From Octopus sinensis (lineage: Eukaryota): a stretch of 64,000 bases of DNA. Position 1 is the first letter of the stretch. Every line of letters starts with the position of its first letter. This document shows positions 12,501 through 23,990 of the stretch, piece after piece. Under the pieces are notes generated by a model. The model had not been told where the DNA came from, ran no database searches, and saw only the letters and a list, made by a program, of their open reading frames with translations. Position numbers and translations under genes: made by a program. The stretch spans positions 42,346,001-42,410,000 of the forward strand of contig NC_043001.1 in the NCBI RefSeq assembly GCF_006345805.1. Direction: 5' to 3'.

Positions 12501-13548
12501 AAAGTCGTGTATTGCAGCAATTCCACAGCAGACACCTGGAAATGTCAAGGATGAAAACTTTGATGAGGAGCTAGGTCTATTGCCCGACTACAGACCAAAA
12601 TATCAAAAATTTGGTGAGAACCAGTCGAGGTTGCATGCTCATGGCCAAAGGCCAACTGGTAAAATATCAATCGTGGCTGGAGACTGAGAGCCCATATCGA
12701 TTATGCCAGACCAATGAGGTGCACTTACTATCTAATCATGGTAGACAGATGTACAAAGTGGCCAGAGGTATGCAGGTGCAATATACCAATAACTAAGACA
12801 ACTATAAAGTCCCTATATGAATTGTTTGTGCTATATGGTGTTCTAGATATGTTAGTTTCTGATAATGGAATGCAATTCTCAGAATATGAATTCAAGAACT
12901 TCTGTAAAATGCATGCAATAAAGCATATTCTCATTTCACTCTACCATCCAAGGTCAAATGGACAGGTTGAAAAGAGCGTTAAGAAAAGCTAGGAACAAAT
13001 TAAGTAACGACGAAGCACTAACAAAATTCTTTAGAGTATATAGATTAACCCCCAATCTAAGTACAAATTCAGGTAAGTCACCCACAAAGTTGATATTCGC
13101 AAGAAGAACAAAATCGATTTTTGATAAGTTATTGCCAGAGAAAAAAAAAAGATGTAAAGGGAATACGAAAGACGCAACGAAGTATCTCGAAGTAGGAAAT
13201 AAAGTGCATCTTAAAACCTACAGAAATAGTAAAGAACGCTGGGAGGATGGCCTTGTAACCAAAACAATAGGAAGTATGATGTATCTAATTAAAGGACCAT
13301 ACTGGGAACATAAGATACATAAATCAGCTAAAGAAGAGACATACTGAAGAATGGAGAGAAATTCCCAAGGAAGTATTTTTTGATGTATTCAATGTCCCAA
13401 CACCGAAAGTAATGGAGTCCCGTAGAACTAGCATGAGAAAATGGAAGCAGACCGAATACCTTGAGATAAGGCCCAAGCAAAAAAGATACTAAAAAATAAT
13501 AATAAAATTTCTTTATTCCTTTAGAACTCGAAATCTCAAAAGGGGAGA

Positions 13549-13825
13549 TGTTGTGGCAAGAGTACAACACCTGATGAGAATAGATAGGACCACTACGTAT
13601 AAATAGAGGCGGTTTGATGTAGTCAGCAGTTCGTAATATGGTCTTTGAAGTCCAGGTACAGTTTATAGTTTGAGTGAATGTATAGGAAATATTGATTGTT
13701 GGTTTGTAAAAGTGTGTTTGTTAGTGCAGCTGTTTCTATTTTGCATTGTCATAACACTATTACAGTATATTCTTTATCTATTGTTGACAATATCTGTACT
13801 ACAATATTGGAGGCGTAAGGATATA
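13549..13825 (+). repeat. 3' LTR of the Gypsy element (terminal ACA lost)
   Basis: Follows the PPT; ends tattggaggcgtaaggatata like the 5' LTR, then AGAGG. Confidence 0.92.
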
Positions 13826-14240
13826 AGAGGTTAAAGTGTGAGAAGGGGCCAGAACAGCCTTCTTGCTGTAGAAGAACTACCTGATTGCTCACATTATAGA
13901 AGACAGGATGGGAGTGGCTGGAGTGGAGCTGGTGACGAGGTGCTGGGTAGACTCTCAAGATACAAGGTAAGTAGAAGTGACTAGGGATAGAAAACAGGGA
14001 GTGCAAATGTATAGAGTTATATAGAGATTACTAGAATATATGAAAAACAAAAGATGGTTAGAGATAGAGAATGGGTGAGAGAATGAATATAAGAAAGAAC
14101 AAACCTTCAGAGATAGAAGGCAGGGAAGAGAAAACAGGTATTAACTGAAGAAATTGGGTTGGGTGAGGGTGATTAATGATACATATGATTTGGAGGGAGG
14201 TGGGGAAGATGAGATGACTGACAGTCGGTGAGGAGCAACA
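13826..14240 (-). mobile_element. RTE 3' region, right part of the interrupted element
   Basis: Purine-rich sequence matching the reverse complement of the RTE 3' UTR at 57590-57990. Confidence 0.7.
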
Positions 14241-14254
14241 TAAACACAATCCTT

Positions 14255-14410
14255 TCTACTATAGGCACAAGGCTCGAAAACTTGGGGAAGGAGGCTGGTC
14301 GATTACAATGCCCCAGTGCTCAACTGGTACCTATTTTATTGACCCCAAAAAGATGAAAGACAAAGTTGATCTTGGTGGAATCTGAACTCAACATCTTTAA
14401 GACAGACGAA
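14255..14410 (-). mobile_element. Deu/Nin-type SINE
   Basis: ccccagtgctcaactggtacctattttattgaccccaaaaagatgaaagacaaagttga. Confidence 0.8.
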
Positions 14411-14423
14411 ATAATATTAAATT

Positions 14424-14855
14424 CCCTGAAGTAGTACCAGCCAGTGGCTCTCATGGCTTCTGATCTCAACTGATTGGAAGTCTTATCATGTATATGTTTT
14501 GCCTTGGTATAAAAGATGAACTACAACAAATATTCTGCTCAATACTGCAGATTTGCTTGTCAGTTGCTTGACCGTAACCAGTTGAGCACGTCTTTTAGTT
14601 GTTTCATTCCTCATCCTATAACAACCCTTATTCAGGGATCTTTTGAGTAGGATGGCCTATTCAACCTGAAGAAAACTATAACTGGGCCCCACCTGCAAGG
14701 TCATGCACTGTTTATCTTGATATGAGATGACCACATATGTTTGTGATGCGTGTGCCTGGTGTACCCTTATCAGACAGGTAGTCATAATGGGTATATTGGG
14801 CTTCATATATTTGTACCCCAGCATTACTTTGATGGCATGCACTGCTCTCTTACTT
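14424..14855 (+). mobile_element. Non-coding interspersed element embedded in (TAA)n; copy 1
   Basis: Reverse complement of 46661-47188; AAT-rich on both sides. Confidence 0.85.
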
Positions 14856-14912
14856 GATAGTAGTAATAACAACAACAACTATAATAATAATAATAATAAT
14901 TATGATAATAAT

Positions 14913-17100
14913 ACAACTTGTTTTGACTAAACTGGCAAACCTAACAAGCGTTTACCTGATAAAGAGGGTGGCTTTTGTTGGACACCCTGCAAGATAAAAA
15001 GACAAAACCTGTTAAAGGGTGAATGAACTCATTAGAATCAATGGCCACCCAACTGTACGAGTCTTAATTTGCTGCAAGGATAAATATTGCAGGTGGCGAC
15101 TAGTGCTGGATAACTAGCTTCAATGAGAGCAGACAAGTCTCTTGGAAGTTTTGACTGACAACCTGTCTAGTGATGGTAACATGATATAACTACTGGTTAG
15201 TGGAAGCCTAAAACATACTCTTCATTTATGAGAGAAATAATGAAAAGTAATCCAAATAACATCCATGACGCTGGAGCTTTTAGCAAAGGTGTTGCATCCA
15301 GTAAGTGTCCTGTGGAACAGCAGCACTGTCCCGGTTGTAATCAAGCTACTGCTGCCTCACAACAGCAAAGAAGATTAAAATGGACAAAAGAGTACAACAA
15401 AAAGAAGCTATTGGAAAAGGTTACTAGAGCTCTGGAAAATTGATGAACTGAAGGATGTGAGTGAACAAAGATTGGCTGATCAGATAAGGTCAAAAAGTGG
15501 TTGAAGAAGACAGATCAAGAGGAGATTATAATGGAAGTGTGAAAGGGGCTGTAGCAGACAACTGATTCAGAACACCCATGGAACAGGAGAATCTACAGAT
15601 TTTTAACATGGAGGGAGGAATTCTACCATCTATAGAAGACATTAGTGTACTTCAAACTAGACAGTTGCCAGAAGAAATTAGCCCAGAACTAGCAACTTTC
15701 AGTGACAGAATTATGGAAGTAATGTTCTTTGAAGAAAGGAAAAGGTTATTGATGACCTGCAATAGAGCAAAACTAAGATCAGAACTCAGGAAAGTGAATA
15801 AAGTTGTCAGGAGAATTCCAATTAAGGACAACTTTGAGTTAAATTCCTTGATGTATGCCACTGTTTGTGTCATCACACAGAAAATGAGAATGTTTAGAGA
15901 TGAGAAAGTACAGAGAAACAAAGAACCATTCTGGAAAAATAGAATAAAAGTAAGTATCAATATATGGAGGAAGGATTAAAGTAAGATCAAGGAAGTAAGT
16001 GGCTCAATGAAAGAGAACAAAACAATATGAATAAGGAATATTTCCTAGTGCACTCCATTTATATTGAATATATTAAAACAAAAGATCGAAGCAAATGGAA
16101 TTAAGATCAAAAGATACAAAGAAAGATGCCTACAATTCAATAGAGTCAACTGTTTAGAATAAATCAGAAGCTGTTCTACGGTTGGAGGAAATAAGGAAGT
16201 AGCAGAGTTACCTGATCCCAAAGAATCAACTTCGTTTTGGAACATGGAGTGGAAGAAGAATTCAATAACATGGAGATACAAGAGGACATTACCATTATGT
16301 TGGATGATATTCAAGCAAGAGTTGGTAAGATGAGAAATTGGAAGGCCCAGACCTAGTTCAGGGTTTTTGGTTCAAGGTTTTGATGAATTTACATCCTAAA
16401 CTACAAAAACTTCCGCAAGGCTGTGTACACCAAGGTACTGTACCAGAATAGATGGTCAAAGAAAGAGCTGTGTTGATTCAGAAGGGCCCAGCCAAGTGTT
16501 CTGTGGTCATTAAGTATCATCTGGCTGCTTGTTTGTCTATAATGTGGAAACTTCTAACTGGAATAATAGGAAAGAAATTTTATGACCATCTTGCAAGAAA
16601 TTAACTGCTAACAGATGAAGAGAAAGCTGCAGGAAGTGATCATGAGTAACAAAGAATCAGTTGCCAATAGATAAGGCAATTTTGAGGAACTGTTATAGAA
16701 GATTGACAAGCCTATAAATGGCTTATGATATGGTTCCTCACTAATAGATTCTAAAATGCCTGGAGATGGTCGGGGCTGTTAAAAATATGATTTATTTATT
16801 CAAAACCAAAATGAGGAACTGGAAGGCAGTTTTGACAACAGATGGAAAGAGAAGGTCCTACACAGAGATTTTTTCCAGCAAACATCAGATGAAGCTGATG
16901 AAGAATTCTGGAGATGGTTTTTTTAAAGATCAGGACTGATTCTTGCTACTCAAGAACAAGCTTTACAAATCAACTCATTCAAGTGTAGCATTGATCAGAC
17001 AACAGCATCACCTTTTTGTAGATTGCATGAAAAATCATCTGAGACATCAGATGCATATAAAAGCATACATTCTGTTAATCTGCCTGTGAGTCCAGTATAC
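14913..17100 (+). mobile_element. R4/Dong-type non-LTR retrotransposon remnant, internally deleted
   Basis: RRLKWTKEYN, VSEQRLADQIR, EPFWKNRI, KIKRYKERCLQFNR, NWKA.PDLVQGFWFK, TVLIQKGPAK, MWKLLTGII, MAYDMVPH and C-terminal LILATQEQAL...CRL; begins right after an (AAT)n tract. Confidence 0.85.
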
Positions 17101-17439
17101 CTTTTTGTAAGTTCATAGCTTATATTTGGTATGGCATATGGGGCTTATATCTCCTTTTGTTCTACATTTTGAACAAGTCCATTTTCCTGAAGATATCAGG
17201 GTCCTGTCTTATTTCTCACTTTCTAAAATCTTTTACTAAGTTTACCTTGAAGCCTGTTGATTCTAGATTTAGGCACCTCTCTAATACCCCCATAGATTCA
17301 GTACAAGAACTGGATCATCAGCGTATAAGATGGAGTAAAAGAAGGAACATTGCCGGGGAAGTAACAAAAGAGACAAGGAAAAAGAAAATAGCGTTAGGAT
17401 TAGGATTTGATGTGAAAGAAAAAAGTTGATGATGGGGTG

Positions 17440-18530
17440 GGTTTTCAGTGCTATTCCATGATAAATATAGCATAATCATTTTACATCTGTTTTCCATACT
17501 GGCATGAATTGGATGGTTTAACAAAGCCCGCATCAACTCTTACTAGAGTTACAGACCTAGACAGGTTAGATGAATACATCTTGCTCAGACATCTAAGTTT
17601 GATATAGTTTCTATGGCTTGATGCTCTTCCTAACACTAACCATTTTACTGAGTGTACTAGAAGCATTTTTCATGGCACCGGCTGTCATTCCCCAAATAAG
17701 ACCATAGAGTCCTCTTAATATCATGTTGTCTGCTTGATTTGCCAACCACTTTTCATTGTGGCACCAGCACTTGTCAGGTCACTTTTTAAATTGAGAGACA
17801 AGAGAGCCTTTACAACTGAGAGGGAAAATAAAAGTGAGAGTGATGACTTTAGGTTAGGTATTGAGAGGAATTAGAGTAATGTAAGAGGAACAGGTTTATT
17901 GTTGTGAAAGAGAGAGATTGACAGAGACAATGCCAGGGAAATGGGTAATAGAAGGGAATGAGAAAGAATAGTATCATGGGTTAGAGTGTGAAAGAGAGAG
18001 AGAGACAAACAGACAGAGACAGAATCAAAGATGATAAAGATAGAATAAATTAAGTGAGAGGAGATTCAGGACTACCACTCATAATATATATGAGAAGGTA
18101 TAGGGATGCAGGAAAGAGAGATAAAAATGATAGTGATGAGGAGAAAGTGTACCCTCACAAAAACACATCCAGGAGGATAACATGAAGAGAGAATGCTATC
18201 AGAATAATCAGGGAGGGTGGGTAAAGGTTGCCAGAGTGTAGATACAGAGAGTGAGCACTGAGAGAAATAGGGTTGGAGGTGATCAGAAGTAAACAGGGGT
18301 AGTGTCTGGTCAGTGAGAGGAGTTGATGCCAAGAGTAAGAGATGGATGTCAATAGGAAGTGGTTAAGGGAGTGGGATGGAGGACTAACAGAACAGGAAGG
18401 GTAATGATATGTAGTAACAGGTTCTGCTTTCATTAATTACAGTGGCAGAATAACACAGCAGACAGAAGAGTGAATGATAGAGGGATGAGTGATAAAGATA
18501 TAAGAGTGGTGAGAAGCAGATAACAGACAC
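17440..18530 (-). mobile_element. Decayed RTE 3' UTR and tail
   Basis: ttccatactggcatg and tttctatggcttgatgctcttcctaacactaaccat, followed by a purine-rich tract. Confidence 0.65.
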
Positions 18531-18556
18531 ACTGAGTGAGGGACCTAAATGTGTGA

Positions 18557-18592
<36 letters not shown>

Positions 18593-18729
18593 CATATAAA
18601 TACAGTGTACATTTACAGTGTGTATTTAAATGAATAATATATAGTCTATTGACTAAATTTTTACATGCTGGGCCACTGGTAGTAGAAATTTCTAATATTT
18701 CTTGATACCCTTGATATTATTAATATATA

Positions 18730-19255
18730 TATTTTTTTTTGTGACCTCCTTCGGTCATGAATGACCATGGAATTGCACCTAGAAAGCCACCCTCCCTGGT
18801 ACAAGTCTGGGCAAGGTTGTTTATGGAAGACCAGCAGTCACCCATGCATACCAGCCTCCCCTCTCATGCCACCAATGTTATCCAAGGGAAAGGCAAAGGC
18901 CAATACAGCTTGGCACCATTGACGTCGCAACTCATTATTAACGTGCAAGTGGCTGAGCACTCCACAGACACGTGTAACCTTAACTTAGTTCTTGAGGAGA
19001 TTCAGCATGACACAGAGTGTGACAAGGCTGGCCCTTTGAAATACAGGTACAACAGAAACAGGAAGAAAGAGTGAGAGAAAGTTGTGGTGAAAGAGTAAAG
19101 CAGGGTTCACCCCCCACCCCCACCCCTGCTGAAGCCTCGTGGAGCTTTAGGTATTTTTGCTCAATAAACACTCACAATGCCTGGTCTGGGAATTGAAACC
19201 GTGATCCTACGATGGCGAGTCCGCTGCCCTAACCATTGGGCCATTGCACCTCCAC
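18730..19255 (-). mobile_element. tRNA(Arg-like)-derived SINE of the octopus OR type
   Basis: Reverse complement starts gtggaggtgcaatggcccaatggttagggcagcggactc...gtttcaattcccagacc; shares its 5' part with 36445-36745. Confidence 0.8.
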
Positions 19256-19261
19256 ATATAT

Positions 19262-19752
19262 ATCATCATCATCATCATTTAGCGTCCGCTTTCCATGCTA
19301 GCATGGGTTCAACTGGGGTCTGCGAAGCCAGAAAGCTGCATCGGCCCAGTCTGATCTGGCAGTGTTTCTACGGCTGGATGCCCTTCCTAACGCCAACCAC
19401 TCCGTGAGTGTAGTGGGTGCTTTTTATGTGCCACCCGCACAGGTGCCAGACGGAGCTGGCAAACGGCCACAGACGGATGGGGCTTTTTACGTGCCACCGG
19501 TACAGGGGCCAGGCGAGGCTGGCAACAGCCACGAATGGATGGTGCATATTACGTGCCACCGGCACGGAGGCCAGTCGGGGCGGCGCTGGCAACGGCCACG
19601 ATCGGATGGTTCGCTTACTTGTCACCGGCACTGGTATCACAGCCGCAATTTCCATTGATGTTGATCAACTTCGGTTTTGGTTCTGCTTTCTGATATCTGA
19701 TTTGATTTGATTTGATTTTGATTTGATTTTCACTTGCCTCAACGGATCTTCA
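19262..19752 (-). mobile_element. 5'-truncated young RTE 3' end with ~53-bp GC-rich tandem units
   Basis: (CAT)n tail, ccatgctagcatgggtt and ggatgcccttcctaacgccaaccactccgtgagtgtagtgggtgc nearly identical to 28830-29000. Confidence 0.9.
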
Positions 19753-20220
19753 CAAGTGGAGTTTTGAAGACCCGTTGAGGCAAGTGAAAATCAAATCAAT
19801 ATATATCTCCAGTCTCTATTATTACTACCATTTTTAACCCTTTTGTTACTATATTTCTGTTGGAGTATATTGCCTTTGTTTGAATTATTTTGAAAATAAT
19901 GAAGGACTTAGTAAAATAACTTTGTCATTATAAAGCTGACATTTGTAACATACATTAACATGAAATTTTGATGAAAAGGTTTAATTGAAACCTCTTGAAA
20001 ATGAACTTTAATTCATACAACCTGGTATTGTCCAAGATAGGTTGGTATCAAAAGGGCTAATGTTAGTTTTGCTATGGTTACATAGATGAGCAGGTCATCT
20101 TGATTACTGCATGTTACAAGTCATCTTGGTTCTTCATTGTGTCCCTTGTAAGGCTTATCATCATGAGATTAGTGATTATTGACTACTTCATCCCATGTCT
20201 CCCTGGTCTTCTTCCACATA

Positions 20221-21431
20221 CAAAGATGGGCTGAAAAGTTCATAGGCTGACTATGAAGGAGTGATGCTACAGCTGTGAAATCTTGCATGCATTAATTTCA
20301 AAGTCTTATTAATAACTGCATTGTTTCTTACCATGTAAACTGACATCTGACTGTTCAAAGAAGATTTCAAAAGTAACTAGTAGTACTTCTGTTGAAAATG
20401 GACAAAATTTGCCATCATGGTGTTATCAACTATCTGCAGAAAAATGGTTTAACCCCAATGACATTCATGCTGATAAAGTTGCTACTTTAGGAGATAAAGT
20501 CTTCAGATTTATCAATGTGTGAAAGTGGGCAACTGAATTTAGGAGGGGAAGGGAGAGCCTTGAAGATGACCCAAGGTCTGGATGTCCTGAAACTTCCACC
20601 ACCAAGGAAAACATTGACCATGTTCACCACATTGTGATAGATGACAGGTGATAAACTATAAATCAAATAGCCAATGCTACTAGCATATCCTGTGAGAGAG
20701 TTGGGAATATTCTGCACAATGAACTTGGGTTTGATGAAGGTTTCTGCTCAGTGGGTGTCACATCTGACAACTAACCAAAAGCACATCACAGCAAAATCTG
20801 ACATTGTTTGAGGCAGATCATGCTGGTTTCCTTGAACATTTCCTAATCCAGGATGAGTGTTGGCTTCATTACTTTGAGACAATCCTGCTCCAAAGAGGGT
20901 TAAGGTCATTTCATCTGCAGGGAAAGTGATGGCCTCAGTTTTTGGGGATGCAAAAGGCATTGTGTTTGATGGTTATCTTCAAAAGGGCCACACCATCAAT
21001 GGAGAGTACTATGCTGAGGCAGTTACAAAAGGCTATCAAGACCAAACACCAGGAAAACTGATGAAAAGGGTCTTGTTTCATCAGAAAAATGCTCCAGCAC
21101 ACAAATCCTTGGTTTCAATGGCTGTTGTATGTGATTGTGGTTTTGAACTGGTTGATCACCTTTCCTATTTTCCTTATTTGGCTCCACCTACAATCTGTTC
21201 TCCAACATGAAAAACAATTGGCAGAAAACTAGCAGCACAGTGAGGATGACATTATATCTGCTGTTGATGACATTTTTGTCCAACAGAATGAAAGCTTCTT
21301 CACCAATGCGATCCAAGCATTGCAACATCAATGGAAGAAGTGAGTAGATTGCAAGGAGGATTATGTTGAAAAATAAACCTCATTTGGTCAACATTCCTTG
21401 GTTAGCCTATGAACTTTTTAGCCAACTCTTT
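20221..21431 (+). mobile_element. Full-length decayed mariner element
   Basis: TIRs caaagatgggctgaaaagttcataggctgac and gttagcctatgaactttttagccaactcttt; TA on the left; ESLEDDPRSG, VMASVFGDAKGI, KGHTINGEYY, FHQKNAPAHKS, YFPYLAPP. Confidence 0.92.
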
Positions 21432-23399
21432 AATTTCATCCAAGGTAAGTGATGTGCACAATCTGATATGGTTGTTCTCATCCAACAGTTTTCTCTTTTG
21501 CATATTACATCTGATTCAGTAAGAGCATGTGTGATGTCATTCTGAACATTATATAAGTGATTATATTTTTGAAAATGATTTTAAAAAACAACCACCTAAT
21601 TTAAACTTATGATTATTAGATGATAGAACAATGCAACATGACATTTGTTCAGTAATCTATTCTAGAAAAGTTAAGTTTGTCCAATTTAAAAGTTAATGAT
21701 GACTAAATGTCTGATCCTAGCTATTGTTATTACTCTGAGGATTTGCCAAAAAACAGTATTATCAGCTTAAACTAACTGGGGAACATTTGACTTAATATTG
21801 CTAATGACCTTGAGAAAGACATGAATTTTAAAACTTCATATTAATGTTTCTTTTATAAATCTGCTTCTTTATCATAATATAGGAAACTAAAGGTGACCCA
21901 CTCTACATGCAGGTTTCTCTCTCTTTTCTCTCTCACGTTCCCACTCTCTTACTCTTCCTTTCTCTCAGACTCTCCTTTGCTTTCTCTATCTATCACTCTC
22001 CCATTTATAAAAAACAAAAGATCTTGAGTAAGTTGTGAAAGAAAATATTTTGAAAGATCACTCATAAATATCAGGCAGTGACAACGGAAAGCACACTTGC
22101 CTTTTGTATGTGCCACTATTTGAGCGATTCAAAATAAAGAAAAAAAGGATTTCTCTGTTAAATTTAGTACTTATTTTGGGAATTTTTCAACGATTGACCA
22201 AGCAAATGAAAGCTCTAAACACAGGCTTTCAGAAAAAATGAAAACTGTAAACAATAAAAAATAAAAGGCAAAAATACGTAAAAATGAGAAATATTTTTCA
22301 ACTTCAAAAATCTTGCCTTAATTTTCAAAATTTCGAACCCATTTTCTGCGCTTAAATTACAAATGCGCTTCCACTTTACCATGTCAAAAATTTGATTGAA
22401 ATCAGGCAAAAGGTGTCCACCCTAGACCTCCAAGTGTCCCCAAAAATCAATAAAATCCCCATTTTCACACCAAAGCAACCACTATAGCGCCCAAAAACGT
22501 GTCCCAATCAATTTCTCACCTCAAGTTACCCCCTCCTGTAAATTTTAATCCCCTTCCAGTCCCATTTAGACCCCTTTTTATATAAAAATCCAATTTGTAT
22601 CAACATTTGCCTTCTTCATTTTATAGATTAGATATTCTAAATGGAACAGTTTACCAACAAAAGAATAACACAATAAATAATATCTATAGTTCAGCTGAGT
22701 TGTTAGCTATAGTACTGGCCTACTAAACAACAACTTGATAGCTTATATTACATGGTTGGCTGGCTGACTGGAGTTGTATTGTGTCCACAGAAAAGATAAT
22801 TGTCAATGCCCTCTTTCGTGTAGTTGTAAATAAGTACTTTATGAAATGAATGTTTACCACCAAATGAAATAAGAGCATTATAAAAGTAAGGTTCATTTCA
22901 TTAGCCCGTATAACTGAATTCAAAATTTACCATGGATATCACTTGGCTAGCAATGGGTACTGTCAGGATGAATTTCTCAAGGATTACCAGAAGACAACAT
23001 TTTTGGTTGTATTCCTGTGAGCTTAGGACATTTCCCTGAGGATAAATTAAGACAAACACCAGAAAACTTAAAGATATTTCACGAGAAAAACGGTGAATAT
23101 AGGAAGTTGAGGACAAAACAAACTTTTGCATTCCTTTGATAGGATATGATGTCACAAAGTTTCTGAATTTCTGTTAAAAATGGCATCGCATAGAATTTTT
23201 CTTCCTTTCTTCCTCAATTTTTGTTTTGTTATATCTCCCTAGATGACAAAGAGATTTTCTGTTTATATTTCAACATAACTACTTAAATTATATCTTATGG
23301 GAAATAGAGCAATATTACAGAAACTTCTCACCAATAATAGCACTGATTTCTTTTCAATAGGCTCAAGACAAATTTTTCTGGACATATGCACAGACATAG

Positions 23400-23760
23400 C
23401 TATGTGAAAAGAAACTTGCTTCCCAACCACAATGTTTCAGGTTTAGTTCCATTGTGTGGCACTTAAGGCAAGTGTTTTCTGTAGACTTGGGCCAACCAAA
23501 GACTTGTTAGTGGATTTAGCAAATGGAAACTGAAAGAAATTTATTGTGTGTGTGTGTCCCCACTCCACCACTTGACAACCGGTGTTGGCATGTTAACTTC
23601 CCTGTAACTTAGCAGTTCAGCAAATGAAGCCAATAGGATAAGTACCAGATTTAAAAAAACAAAAATATGTAATGGAATTGATTCATGCCAGAAAAACCCT
23701 TCAAGATGGTGCCCCAGCATGACCATAGTCCAGTGGCTGAAACAAGTAAAAGATAAAAAG
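23400..23760 (+). mobile_element. CORE-type SINE (OR1/OR2-like)
   Basis: ttgcttcccaaccac...ggcacttaaggcaagtgttttct...ggaaactgaaagaa; reverse copies at 39770-40140 and 58240-58575. Confidence 0.75.
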
Positions 23761-23794
23761 ATAGGTTACAGTTGATTGATTGTAATATATCAAT

Positions 23795-23990
23795 GATTTC
23801 AAATTTTGGCAAAAGGCTAGTAATTTCAGGGGAGGGTGCAAGTTGATTACATCAACTCCAGTGTTTTATCAACACACAAAGGATGAAAGGCAAAGTTGAC
23901 CTCAGCAAAATTTGAACTCAGGACATAAAGTCAGAAGAAATGTCACTAAGCATTTTTTCTGATGCAGTCACAACTCTGCTAGCTCACTGC
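23795..23990 (-). mobile_element. Deu/Nin-type SINE
   Basis: gattacatcaactccagtg...ggatgaaaggcaaagttgacctcagcaaaatttgaactc. Confidence 0.75.

Larger units (their letters stand above)
9251..13825 (+). mobile_element. Full-length decayed Gypsy/Ty3 LTR retrotransposon (Mag-like, K02A2.6-type pol)
   Basis: Two homologous LTRs; PBS TGGCGATGA at 9554; PPT aaaaggggaga before 13549; TSD AGAGG at 9246-9250 and 13826-13830; gag knuckles CYRCGGLHFRKKC and CYSCQKLGYKSSHC; protease LQLDMSS; RT FSKLDLSDAYLQI and YTELPFGLKVAPAIFQ; RNase H ASEYGLGAVL and YSQIEKEAL; integrase LVSDNGMQF and YHPRSNGQVE; order PR-RT-RH-IN; many stops and frameshifts. Confidence 0.96.

Noticed and set aside
21960-22600. Repeat-like CpG-containing segment, possibly a non-autonomous DNA element
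   Set aside because: Single copy in the window; no TIR, TSD or coding motif found
22700-23245. Candidate KCTD exon 2 (minus-strand KEEKFYAMPFLTEIQKL resembles EAEFY.L..L; VLNFLY also present)
   Set aside because: The nearest acceptor gives in-frame stops in the required phase, and the motifs are in the wrong order; still worth an RNA-seq look
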